Of a DNA stretch of 64,000 nt, positions 39,317 to 47,480 are shown piece by piece. The notes below the pieces were generated by a model. The model did not search any database and was not told the DNA's origin. It was given only the letters and a program-made list of their open reading frames with translations. The position numbers and the translations under genes were made by a program. Position 1 is the stretch's first letter. The number at the start of each line of letters is the position of its first letter. The DNA lies in the NCBI GenBank assembly GCA_965204755.1, contig OZ242011.1:2912001-2976000 (forward strand), written 5' to 3'. Origin of the DNA: Candidatus Marinacidobacterium sp. (lineage in GTDB: Bacteria > Acidobacteriota > Vicinamibacteria > Marinacidobacterales > Marinacidobacteraceae).

Positions 39317-40237
39317 ATGACTGAACGACTTGGATCAGCGATTCTCGTTGTCGCCCTGATTCCCGTTGCGGCGGCAGGGCAGCCGGAGCCGGACTGGGAG
39401 GCGGTGGAGATCACGCGGGAAGAGGTCGGGAGCGGGATCCATGTGCTGTTCGGGCGGGGCGGCAACATCGCCGTCTCGACCGGGGAGGACGGCGCCCTGA
39501 TGGTGGACGACCAGTTCGCGCCGCTCACCGGGAAGATCTTGGCCTCGGTGGCGGAAGTGACCGACGATCCGGTGCGTTTCGTCGTGAACACGCACTGGCA
39601 CGGGGACCACACCGGGGGCAACGAGAACCTCGGCGAGGCCGGCGGGATCATCGTGGCCCACGAGAATGTGCGGCGCCGGATGAACCCGGCGGAGTTCGCC
39701 GATCTGGTGGGGCGAAGCGACCAGGCGCCGAAGGGCGCGCTGCCGGTCGTCACTTTCGACAGCGGCGTGACCCTGCACTGGAACGGACTCACGATCGAAG
39801 CCGTCCATCAGCCGCATGCCCACACCGACGGCGATTCGGCGATCTTCTTCGGCGGGGCGAATGTGGTCCACATGGGCGACTTGTTCTTCAACGGCGGGTT
39901 CCCGTTCATCGATGTGGACTCCGGCGGCGCGCTCGACGGCCTGATCTCGGCCGCCGAGACGGTAATCGCCCGCACCGACGGCGCGACCGTAGTCATCCCC
40001 GGCCATGGCCCGGTGACCGACCGGGCGCGGTTGATGCGCTACGCGGAGGCGCTTCGGGAGGCGCGGGAGCGCCTGACCATGAGGATCTCCGCCGGCGACA
40101 GCGAGGAAGACGCCGTAGCCGCCGTTGCCGAGATCGTCACCGGGATCGCCGAGGAACTGGGCTGGACGGTGGACACGACCGGCTTCGTGAGCGCCGAGCG
40201 CTTCGTCCGGCTGGCCTACCGCAGTCTGGCCGGCTGA
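39317..40237 (+). CDS. Secreted MBL-fold metallo-hydrolase (cyclase-like)
   Basis: VNTHWHGDHTGGN, AHTDGD, HMGDL, IPGHG. Confidence 0.92.
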   Translation: MTERLGSAILVVALIPVAAAGQPEPDWEAVEITREEVGSGIHVLFGRGGNIAVSTGEDGALMVDDQFAPLTGKILASVAEVTDDPVRFVVNTHWHGDHTGGNENLGEAGGIIVAHENVRRRMNPAEFADLVGRSDQAPKGALPVVTFDSGVTLHWNGLTIEAVHQPHAHTDGDSAIFFGGANVVHMGDLFFNGGFPFIDVDSGGALDGLISAAETVIARTDGATVVIPGHGPVTDRARLMRYAEALREARERLTMRISAGDSEEDAVAAVAEIVTGIAEELGWTVDTTGFVSAERFVRLAYRSLAG

Positions 40238-40383
40238 GACTCCGCGCCGGACTCGCCCGCCCGGGCCGGCGTAGGCGCGCGGGAGGCTCGCCGCCGCCGC
40301 CACCCCGCGATAGCGTTCCGGCTCCCGGCGGCGCCCCGAGGGGGACTTCCCTCGACCTCGTCCGCCGCGGAAGGAGAACACCG

Positions 40384-40890
40384 ATGCATCTCGCAACCCG
40401 CCGCTCGGCGGCGCTTTCTCTCGCTTTCCTGTTGATCGGCGCGGCGGTCGGCTCGGCTCAGGACTCCGGCCGATTCCGGTTCGTGTTCGGCGGCGAACGC
40501 GACTACTCGACCGTCGAGCATCCGGACAAGACGGTCACGGTCGGCGAAATCCACGGTCTCTGGGTAGTGACCCAGGGCGACGAGACCGGCCCGTTCGTGG
40601 ACGAGGCGATCCTGCACGGCAGTTGCGCCGTCCGGGTGACCACCTCCGGAGGCGAGAGCGACATCGCCGCCGACTGCGCGCTCGAGGACGAGGAACACGA
40701 CGAGTTGTTTCTCGTCGGCACCCGCCGAAGCGGCGATGTGGCTGTCGGAGGAGGCGGCGACGGCGTCTTCACCCTGAGCGGCGGCACCGGCAAGTTCAGC
40801 GAAATCGGCGGCGTCTGCCCCTACACCGTCCACTACATGGAAGACGAAGACCTGGTCGTCTTCGCCCACTGCGACTGGACGAAGAACTGA
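40384..40890 (+). CDS. Secreted hypothetical beta-rich protein
   Basis: Signal peptide, AAGGAG RBS, GGTGKF motif, host-like codon usage. Confidence 0.75.
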   Translation: MHLATRRSAALSLAFLLIGAAVGSAQDSGRFRFVFGGERDYSTVEHPDKTVTVGEIHGLWVVTQGDETGPFVDEAILHGSCAVRVTTSGGESDIAADCALEDEEHDELFLVGTRRSGDVAVGGGGDGVFTLSGGTGKFSEIGGVCPYTVHYMEDEDLVVFAHCDWTKN

Positions 40891-41023
40891 CCGCGTAGCG
40901 AGCGCTCCCGGTGGTTCGCGCCGCCCCGGCAGATGGGCCGTGGCCGCGCGGGCACTGGATGACCTTCTTTGTCGGTTCGGTGGGGCCCGCCGGTCCTGGC
41001 TGGATGCCTCTCCGTCGACGCGA

Positions 41024-42040
41024 TCACTTCGATTGACGCGGGAAGTCTCGTGAAATCGTGCGGTCCCAGATACTGTCGAATGCTTCGGCGATGCCGTTCG
41101 GGCGAATGCCGCCGTATTCTCCGCTCGTGTGGCATATCGCGCCGCAACCGTCCTCATCGTGGAACAGCGTATGGAACGCTATCCGGTCGTTCCGTTGACG
41201 CCTCAGGTCCAACTCCTTGAGGATCACATAGTCGTGCGTCGCCAGAAACACCTGCACGCCGAGTCGGTGGAGTTTCAGGATCGCTTCAATGACGCCGCCG
41301 AGTAGAGAAGGATTCAGCGATGCCTCCGGGTGATCCCAGAACAACACGGAATCCTTTTTGAGAGTGCCGTTCCGCACCAGGAGCCAGAGCAAGCCCAGCC
41401 GTCGAAGACCGTCGGCTACGAGTGGAAACTCCAGATTGCCACGGTTGCAGTCCAAGTAGAACTCGCCATTCTCCACCCGGACTCTGCCGCCAAGGCGCAG
41501 GCCCTGAAGAACATCCTCGCGAGCGGCGTCCATCGGTACGCCGTGCGTGGTTCGGAGCGCCTGCTCGATCAGGTCCGAATGGAACTCCGGGGAGCGGGTT
41601 TCCGAGGATGATGGCCGGTTTCGAATTCCTGAGGTGCGCGACAACACTTCCTCGACCGGGATAAAGACGGCTTCCAGGGAATCATGGCGCCAAGCAGGAT
41701 CGACGCTCAGTTGCGCCGTGTTCGTCTCGCGCGAGTTCGTGGCGAATTCCAGACGCAGGCGGCGCGTCCCTCGATGCACCTCCACGGAACTGGTTTGGCC
41801 GCCGAGCCGGCGGGTGACGAGTCTCCCGATGAGCCGGTGTCGCGGTTGGAAGACGCCCACCAGTTGGTCTGCGAAGTCCTTGCCGGCGCGAGTGGCGGCG
41901 CCGGCAGCGTAGGCGACCCTCATCAAGTGCGTTTTGCCGGCGCCGTTCTTGCCGAGGAAGACATTGACGCCGGGGGAGAACTCGAGGTCGAGGTCCGTGA
42001 AGGCCGTGAAGTTCCTGAGCCGAACGCGAGTGAGGCTCAC
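41024..42040 (-). CDS. AAA_15/AAA_21-type (ABC-like) ATPase
   Basis: LRNFTAF, Walker A GKNGAGKT, ADGLRRLG, WDHPEASLNP (atypical Walker B), ATHDY. Confidence 0.85.
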   Translation of the reverse strand: MSLTRVRLRNFTAFTDLDLEFSPGVNVFLGKNGAGKTHLMRVAYAAGAATRAGKDFADQLVGVFQPRHRLIGRLVTRRLGGQTSSVEVHRGTRRLRLEFATNSRETNTAQLSVDPAWRHDSLEAVFIPVEEVLSRTSGIRNRPSSSETRSPEFHSDLIEQALRTTHGVPMDAAREDVLQGLRLGGRVRVENGEFYLDCNRGNLEFPLVADGLRRLGLLWLLVRNGTLKKDSVLFWDHPEASLNPSLLGGVIEAILKLHRLGVQVFLATHDYVILKELDLRRQRNDRIAFHTLFHDEDGCGAICHTSGEYGGIRPNGIAEAFDSIWDRTISRDFPRQSK

Positions 42041-42116
42041 GGTCTCGCGTGGGGCGAAATGGCCGCGGGGAAGACGAGGTCGGTCGTTGGCGGCGGAGAA
42101 AGCGATACGCGTTTGG

Positions 42117-43157
42117 TCAGCCGCGGACCTGGCGGCCGGTGGAGTCCACCAGGTTGTAGCGGCGGGCGTCGGCGCGCCAGTCCTCGGAGCGGATGAGGGT
42201 GGTGTAGTCGTCGGTCGGGAGGGCCTGGTCGGCGTAGCCGGGCCAGGTGGGGCCGTCGGCTTCGGCGGCGCCGTCGCGGATGTGTTCGAGGCCCCGGCGC
42301 ATGGCGCCGAGGGCGAGGCGGAGCAACTGGCCGGCGTAGAGGACCAGGGGGACGCCGTTTTCGCGAAGGGTGCTCAGCGGGGTGTCGTGGACGCTGGCGA
42401 TCACCGGGCGGCCGGCCGCTTCGGACACTGCGCCGATGCGTTCCGGGGCGAGGCCGGCGAAGAAGAGGAGGTCGGCGCCGGCTTCGCCGTAGGCGGCGCC
42501 CCGTTCCATGGCTTCCGTCTCTTCGAGTCCGATGGAGACGGCGTCGCAGCGCGCCACCAGCATCAGGCCGCCCGAGCGGGCGTCGGCGGCGGCGCGGATG
42601 CGGTCCTGCATCCGGTCCCGCTCGATGAGGACGCCGCCTTCTCCCAGGTGCTTCGCCTGGACATGGTCTTCGATCATCACCGCGGCCAGGCCGCCGCGCT
42701 CGTAGCCGCGAACCGCGCGCGCCACCGCGAGCGGGCTCCCGCCGCCGTCGTCCGCGTCGGCGAACACCGGGACGGGGACGCTTCCGGCGATGCGGGAGGC
42801 GGTGTCGATGAGTTCGGTGATGGACGCGAGGCCGTAGTCGGGGAGTCCGTAGTTCGCTGCGGAACCGGCGCTGCCGCCGTACAGGACGGCCCCGAACCCC
42901 ATCTCGACGATCAGGCGCGCCGAGAGGACATCGAACGCGCCGGGACAGAGGACCGGCGCCCCGGCGGAGAGGAGGGAACGCAGCCGGCCGCCCATGTCGG
43001 AAGCCTCGGCTCCCTCCTGGCCCGCGCCGGAGCAGGCAGCGCCGGCGGTAGCGGCCAGTCCCCCGCCGGCCGAGCCGAGCACGGCGCCTCCGGCGCCGGC
43101 GGAGAGTCGCGTCATCGCCTCGCGGCGTCCGATTCCCGGTTCCGGAACTGTCTTCAT
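42117..43157 (-). CDS. Isocitrate lyase/PEP mutase family protein with a twin-arginine-like leader
   Basis: PGAFDVLSAR, YGLPDYG, FADADDGGG, MIEDHV, VARCDA, YGEAGADLLF; N-terminal GRREAMTRL. Confidence 0.85.
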   Translation of the reverse strand: MKTVPEPGIGRREAMTRLSAGAGGAVLGSAGGGLAATAGAACSGAGQEGAEASDMGGRLRSLLSAGAPVLCPGAFDVLSARLIVEMGFGAVLYGGSAGSAANYGLPDYGLASITELIDTASRIAGSVPVPVFADADDGGGSPLAVARAVRGYERGGLAAVMIEDHVQAKHLGEGGVLIERDRMQDRIRAAADARSGGLMLVARCDAVSIGLEETEAMERGAAYGEAGADLLFFAGLAPERIGAVSEAAGRPVIASVHDTPLSTLRENGVPLVLYAGQLLRLALGAMRRGLEHIRDGAAEADGPTWPGYADQALPTDDYTTLIRSEDWRADARRYNLVDSTGRQVRG

Positions 43158-43186
43158 CGAGTGTCTCCCGGGGGACTCGCCCCCCG

Positions 43187-44071
43187 TTATCTCGCGCCCG
43201 GTCGGTGATCGAGGGCGCAGCGGAAGCCGATGGTGTGGATCCGCGTGTCGGGACGGGTGAAGTTGCGGTAGAAGACGCTGGCGATCCGTTCGTCGGTATC
43301 GGCCCAACTCCCGCCGCGGAAGACCCGGTAAGGGGCGTCTTCCGGGCCGCGGGGATTCACCGAAGCCGCCACCGCGTACTGGCCGAGGTCGTACCCGTCG
43401 GCGACCCATTCGGCGATGTTGCCCACCATGTCGTGGAGGCCGTAACCGTTCGGGGGGTAGGAGCCGACTGCAGTCGGTCCCCGGGGATGCCGTAGCCTCG
43501 CCGGGGGCGGGCCGCTCTCGCCGGCGCCCTCCCCGGTTCCCGGACGGAAGGTTTCGCCCCAGGGCCACGCCTTCCCAGCGAGACCGCCGCGCGCGGCTTT
43601 CTCCCACTCCGCCTCCGTCGGCAGCCGTTTGCCGCGGAAGTCGCAATACGCAGCCGCTTCGTCCCAAGTCAGGTTGTACGCCGGAAGGTCGGCGCGGTCG
43701 GCCGGGAAACCCTGCCGCCAGTGGAACGGCTCCGCGGCGCCGGTGCTCTCCGCGTACACGAGGTAAGCCCCCTGGGTCACTTCCGTCCGGTCCATCCAGA
43801 AGCCGGGCAGCGTCACGCGGTGCGCCGGGCGGTCGTCCACCCGGTCGCGCGCCTGCCAGCCGATCTCGTCTATGAGCCACAGCCTCGTGCGTCCCATCCA
43901 GAAGTCGCCCGGCGGGATCCAGCAGATGTCCTCCGCGCGGTCGTCGGTGCAATGGGCGGAGACCGCGCCGCCCTCGTCCCCGGCGCCTCCCGATACGGCG
44001 GCGCCGGAGAGCAGCAGGAGCGCCGCGGCCCGGACGCCGACTCTCAGGCGAGCCGGCGGCCGCCTACGCAA
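43187..44071 (-). CDS. Formylglycine-generating-enzyme (SUMF1/FGE-sulfatase) domain protein
   Basis: RLPTEAEWEKAARGG, PNGYGLHDMVGNIAEW, RGGSW, IGFRCA. Confidence 0.9.
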   Translation of the reverse strand: MRRRPPARLRVGVRAAALLLLSGAAVSGGAGDEGGAVSAHCTDDRAEDICWIPPGDFWMGRTRLWLIDEIGWQARDRVDDRPAHRVTLPGFWMDRTEVTQGAYLVYAESTGAAEPFHWRQGFPADRADLPAYNLTWDEAAAYCDFRGKRLPTEAEWEKAARGGLAGKAWPWGETFRPGTGEGAGESGPPPARLRHPRGPTAVGSYPPNGYGLHDMVGNIAEWVADGYDLGQYAVAASVNPRGPEDAPYRVFRGGSWADTDERIASVFYRNFTRPDTRIHTIGFRCALDHRPGAR

Positions 44072-45476
44072 AGATCTCGCCGATCTCGTCGTCGAACATC
44101 ATCTCGGAACCGCCGAGCGATACCGAGTCCACATACAGGTACTCCCGGCCGGACGGAGTGTTCGACACGGACTTCCGCCAATCGATGCCCAGGGCGGAGT
44201 AGATGGTCGCCACCGTGTTGTCCATGAACGGTTGGCCGGCGTGTTTCCAGCCCGGATCCACGACTTCCGAGCCGTCCTCGTTGGTGCGTCCGACGACCCG
44301 GCCGCCCGCAACGCCGGCCCCGGCGAAGAGCGAGGTGTAGGCGAAGCGGTAGTGGTCGCGGCCCATCACCGGGTTCATCTCCGGAGTGCGGCCGAATTCG
44401 CTGGCGACCACGATCAGCGTCTCGTCCAGCAGGGTCTTGCCCGGTTCGCCGCCGGGGCGGGCGGCGAGATCGTCGAGCAGCGAGGTGAAACCCCGATCCA
44501 ACCGGGGGCAGGTGGTGTAGTGGTTCCACTCCCGCGACCGGTCGAAGATGCCGGCGTGGTGATCCCATCGGTCGCCGTCGTAGATGTAGATGAACCGCGT
44601 GCCGGCGTCGGCTTCGATCAGGTTGCGCGCGAGGATGCAGCCGAGGCCGAACTCGTCCTCGCCGTAACGCTCGCGGTCGGCGCCGCTGGCCTGGAACAAC
44701 CGCGGCCAGCGCGGGTCGGTGAGCAGCCCGTACGCCGTCCGGTAGTAGTCGCGGTAGTCGTTCGCCTGCCGCCCGAGCGAGGCCCGTTCCGCGGCCGAAA
44801 CCTCCGCGAGGCGTTCGAGCAGCCGGAAGCGCTCCTCGAGCAGCCGGCGTCCGCCTTCGACATTGCCGCCGAAGGACTCGAACACCGTCGTCGGGTCGAG
44901 ATCGAGGCCGGAGAACCGGGTGGGCAGGAATCCGGCGCCGATGGAGCCGGCGCGCGCCCGCGTGAGATAGGTGCTCACATAGGTCGGGAACCGATCCGTT
45001 TCGCGCCGTTCCCCGTCGAGTTCGGCGGCGATGACGCTGCCGAAGGCGGGGATCTCGCGGGCCAGCGCCACATTCAGCGCCCGTCCGGTCTGGGTGTGGT
45101 ACTGCCCGTTGAAGTGGATGAGTTCCGGGGCGCGCATCGAGCGCACCAGCGCCACGCGGTCCATCCGCGACACCAAGTTCGGGAAGAGCGTTCGGGACAG
45201 CGAGACTTCGTCCCCGAGTTGGACCATGTCGAGGTCCGGCGGGGTCCACCGGGTCTGCTTGAAGTCCCAGGTGTCCATCGGGCTGATGGCGCCGCCCATC
45301 TCGATGAAGATGCAGTAGCGCGCGGCGCCGCGCGGGTTCGCCTTTCCCTCGGCCCGCGCGGCGAGCGGCCACACGGCTTGGCCGGCGAAGGAACCGGCGA
45401 GCGCCAGTCCGCCGTACTTCAGGACTTCGCGCCGCGCCGGCAGCAGGTCGGCGATTCGGGGGTCAGGGCTGCACAT
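44064..45476 (-). CDS. DUF1501-family Tat-exported protein
   Basis: RREVL, GGAISPMDTWD, WDHH, SEFGRTP, GRDH. Confidence 0.9.
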   Translation of the reverse strand: MCSPDPRIADLLPARREVLKYGGLALAGSFAGQAVWPLAARAEGKANPRGAARYCIFIEMGGAISPMDTWDFKQTRWTPPDLDMVQLGDEVSLSRTLFPNLVSRMDRVALVRSMRAPELIHFNGQYHTQTGRALNVALAREIPAFGSVIAAELDGERRETDRFPTYVSTYLTRARAGSIGAGFLPTRFSGLDLDPTTVFESFGGNVEGGRRLLEERFRLLERLAEVSAAERASLGRQANDYRDYYRTAYGLLTDPRWPRLFQASGADRERYGEDEFGLGCILARNLIEADAGTRFIYIYDGDRWDHHAGIFDRSREWNHYTTCPRLDRGFTSLLDDLAARPGGEPGKTLLDETLIVVASEFGRTPEMNPVMGRDHYRFAYTSLFAGAGVAGGRVVGRTNEDGSEVVDPGWKHAGQPFMDNTVATIYSALGIDWRKSVSNTPSGREYLYVDSVSLGGSEMMFDDEIGEIFA

Positions 45477-45479
45477 GGC

Positions 45480-47447
45480 TCAGCGATTCAGCAAGAACTC
45501 CGGGGAGTTCAACAGCGCCCACTGAAGGTCCTCCGCGCCCCGGACGCGGTCGTCCGCGACCCGCTCGGCGCCGAGTTCGGACTCCGCCTCCGAGGGGAAG
45601 CGACCCAGGGTGGCCAGGAAGAGTTCGGTAACGATCTCGTCGGCGCTCGAAGCCGAGGCGGTCAGGTCTTCGACCCGGCCGCCGGCGCCGGCGGAGACGC
45701 GCCGGTTCACCACTCCCGACTGCATCATCAGCAGCGCCTGGAGGATGGAGCCGCGGTTGCCCACCGGCGCGGGCGTCATCCGGTTGCTCTGGAAGAAACT
45801 CTGGAGCAGGGCGTCCACTTCCGTTCCCTCGCCCCGCCCCCGCCGGCCGCCGAGGTCCGAAGGCGTGGTGAGTTCCTTCACCCGCTCCACCGTGATCCCG
45901 GAGAACGCGAACTCGGTCGGGACCGCGGTGGCGCGGGTGAGGGAGTCCACCAGTTCCGGCCCGGTGAGGACGCGCACATAACGGCGCGGGTAGTAACCCG
46001 CCCATTCGTCCCGCCACTCGCCCCCGGAGTGCGGCGACAGTCCGTACGCTTCGGACTTCATGATGGTCTCGACCAAATGCCAGAAACTGAAGCCGCTGTC
46101 GACGAAGTCCCGGGCCAGGGCTTCGAGGAGTTCCGGGTTCACCGGGCGGGAGGGAAGCGGATCCTCTTCGCCGGCCGCGAGCCGGTCGAGCCGCGACGGG
46201 TCGAAGGCGTTGTAAGGCTCGACGAAGGCGACCGTCATGAGTTTGCCCCAGACCAGGTTCACGGTGGCCCGGGCGAACTGCGGGTGTCCGGTGATCATCC
46301 GCGCCAGCGCGTCGCGCGGGTTCTCGCCCGGCGCCGGGGTTTCGCCGGTGAGCAGGAACGCCGGCTCGTAGGCGAGTCCCTCGAGGCGGGGGAACCGGCC
46401 CTCGGACAGCGTGTGGTACGGAGCGTCGTCGCCGGTGTCGTAACCCTTCGCCCGGTCGTCCACCAACAGGTCCACCACCACATTCTTGGAACGGTCGTCC
46501 CAGGTCGTGATGAGCCGGGAGTTGCCGAAGAACGCCGAGTGCCGGTAGAACTCTTCGCGCGTCCGCTCCGAGAGCCAGCGGTTCAGCGGTTCGAGATGGT
46601 TCGCCCCGTCGTGGCAGGAGATGCACGAGGTGTTGATGCCCAGGAAAGCGCGCGAGACATCCACATTGAATTGGTCGATCGCGTCCAGCCGGTTGTGGAT
46701 CGAGTAGTCGTCCGGGCTCATCACGATCCGGCTCTTCGCCTGGTGCGACCGGGCGAGGAAGGCGAGCGAGGGAACGCTGCCGTGCGCCTTGGACACTCCG
46801 GTGAGCAGGTCGCGGACGACTTCGTCGTAGGGCCGGTCGGTGGTCAGCCACTCCTTGATCCAACTCTGGAACGGGTTGCGGACCGGGCCGACCTGGTGCG
46901 CCAGCCGGAACAGGTCGCCGAAGAACCAGGCCCACTGCTCGGCGAACTCCTCGGTACCCACCAGGCGGTCCACCAACCGGTCGCGCTTGTCGGGCGAGCC
47001 GTCGGCGAGGAAGTCGCGGACTTCTTCGGGGGAGGGGATGAGGCCGGTGGCGTCGAGCATCGCCCGGCGGAGGAACTCGGCGTCGGACGCCGGGCCGGCG
47101 TGGGGGATCCCGCGCCGCTCCAACTGGGCCGCGAGCACTTCGTCCACGAGAGTGCGGCGCGGCATCGGCCCCGAAGCGTCCGGGCGCGGTGAGCCGGCCG
47201 CCGGCAGCGTGTCCGCGGCGGCGACCGCCCGGCGGGCCTTCTCCGCGGCGGTTTCGGACTCCGCCGCCGCCCGGTGGGCCGCATCGGCGCGGCGCTCGTC
47301 CTCCTGCCGGGGATCGGCCGTCGGCGCCTGCTCCGCCGGCGCCTGCTCCGCCGGCGGCTGCGCTCCGGCGAACGCCGGCCCGCCGACCGGCAGCGACAGA
47401 ACCAGAACCAGTCCGGCTGCGTAGGAAGGGGCGGGAACTCGCGGCAA
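45480..47447 (-). CDS. DUF1549/DUF1553 (PSCyt2/PSD1) domain protein
   Basis: DAEFLRRAMLDATG, FLGINTSCISCHD (CxxCH), VNLVWGKLM, PELLEALA, DLQWALLNSPEF; start approximate. Confidence 0.88.
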   Translation of the reverse strand: MPRVPAPSYAAGLVLVLSLPVGGPAFAGAQPPAEQAPAEQAPTADPRQEDERRADAAHRAAAESETAAEKARRAVAAADTLPAAGSPRPDASGPMPRRTLVDEVLAAQLERRGIPHAGPASDAEFLRRAMLDATGLIPSPEEVRDFLADGSPDKRDRLVDRLVGTEEFAEQWAWFFGDLFRLAHQVGPVRNPFQSWIKEWLTTDRPYDEVVRDLLTGVSKAHGSVPSLAFLARSHQAKSRIVMSPDDYSIHNRLDAIDQFNVDVSRAFLGINTSCISCHDGANHLEPLNRWLSERTREEFYRHSAFFGNSRLITTWDDRSKNVVVDLLVDDRAKGYDTGDDAPYHTLSEGRFPRLEGLAYEPAFLLTGETPAPGENPRDALARMITGHPQFARATVNLVWGKLMTVAFVEPYNAFDPSRLDRLAAGEEDPLPSRPVNPELLEALARDFVDSGFSFWHLVETIMKSEAYGLSPHSGGEWRDEWAGYYPRRYVRVLTGPELVDSLTRATAVPTEFAFSGITVERVKELTTPSDLGGRRGRGEGTEVDALLQSFFQSNRMTPAPVGNRGSILQALLMMQSGVVNRRVSAGAGGRVEDLTASASSADEIVTELFLATLGRFPSEAESELGAERVADDRVRGAEDLQWALLNSPEFLLNR

Positions 47448-47480
47448 GATCGTTTTCGACTCCGAAGGGCCATAGTAGGG

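Noticed and set aside
42117-43952. Apparent long fusions (611 aa here; also 4216-6738, 14031-16403, 52213-54522, 59318-61525)
   Set aside because: The upstream extensions overlap other real genes in different frames; homology begins at internal starts.
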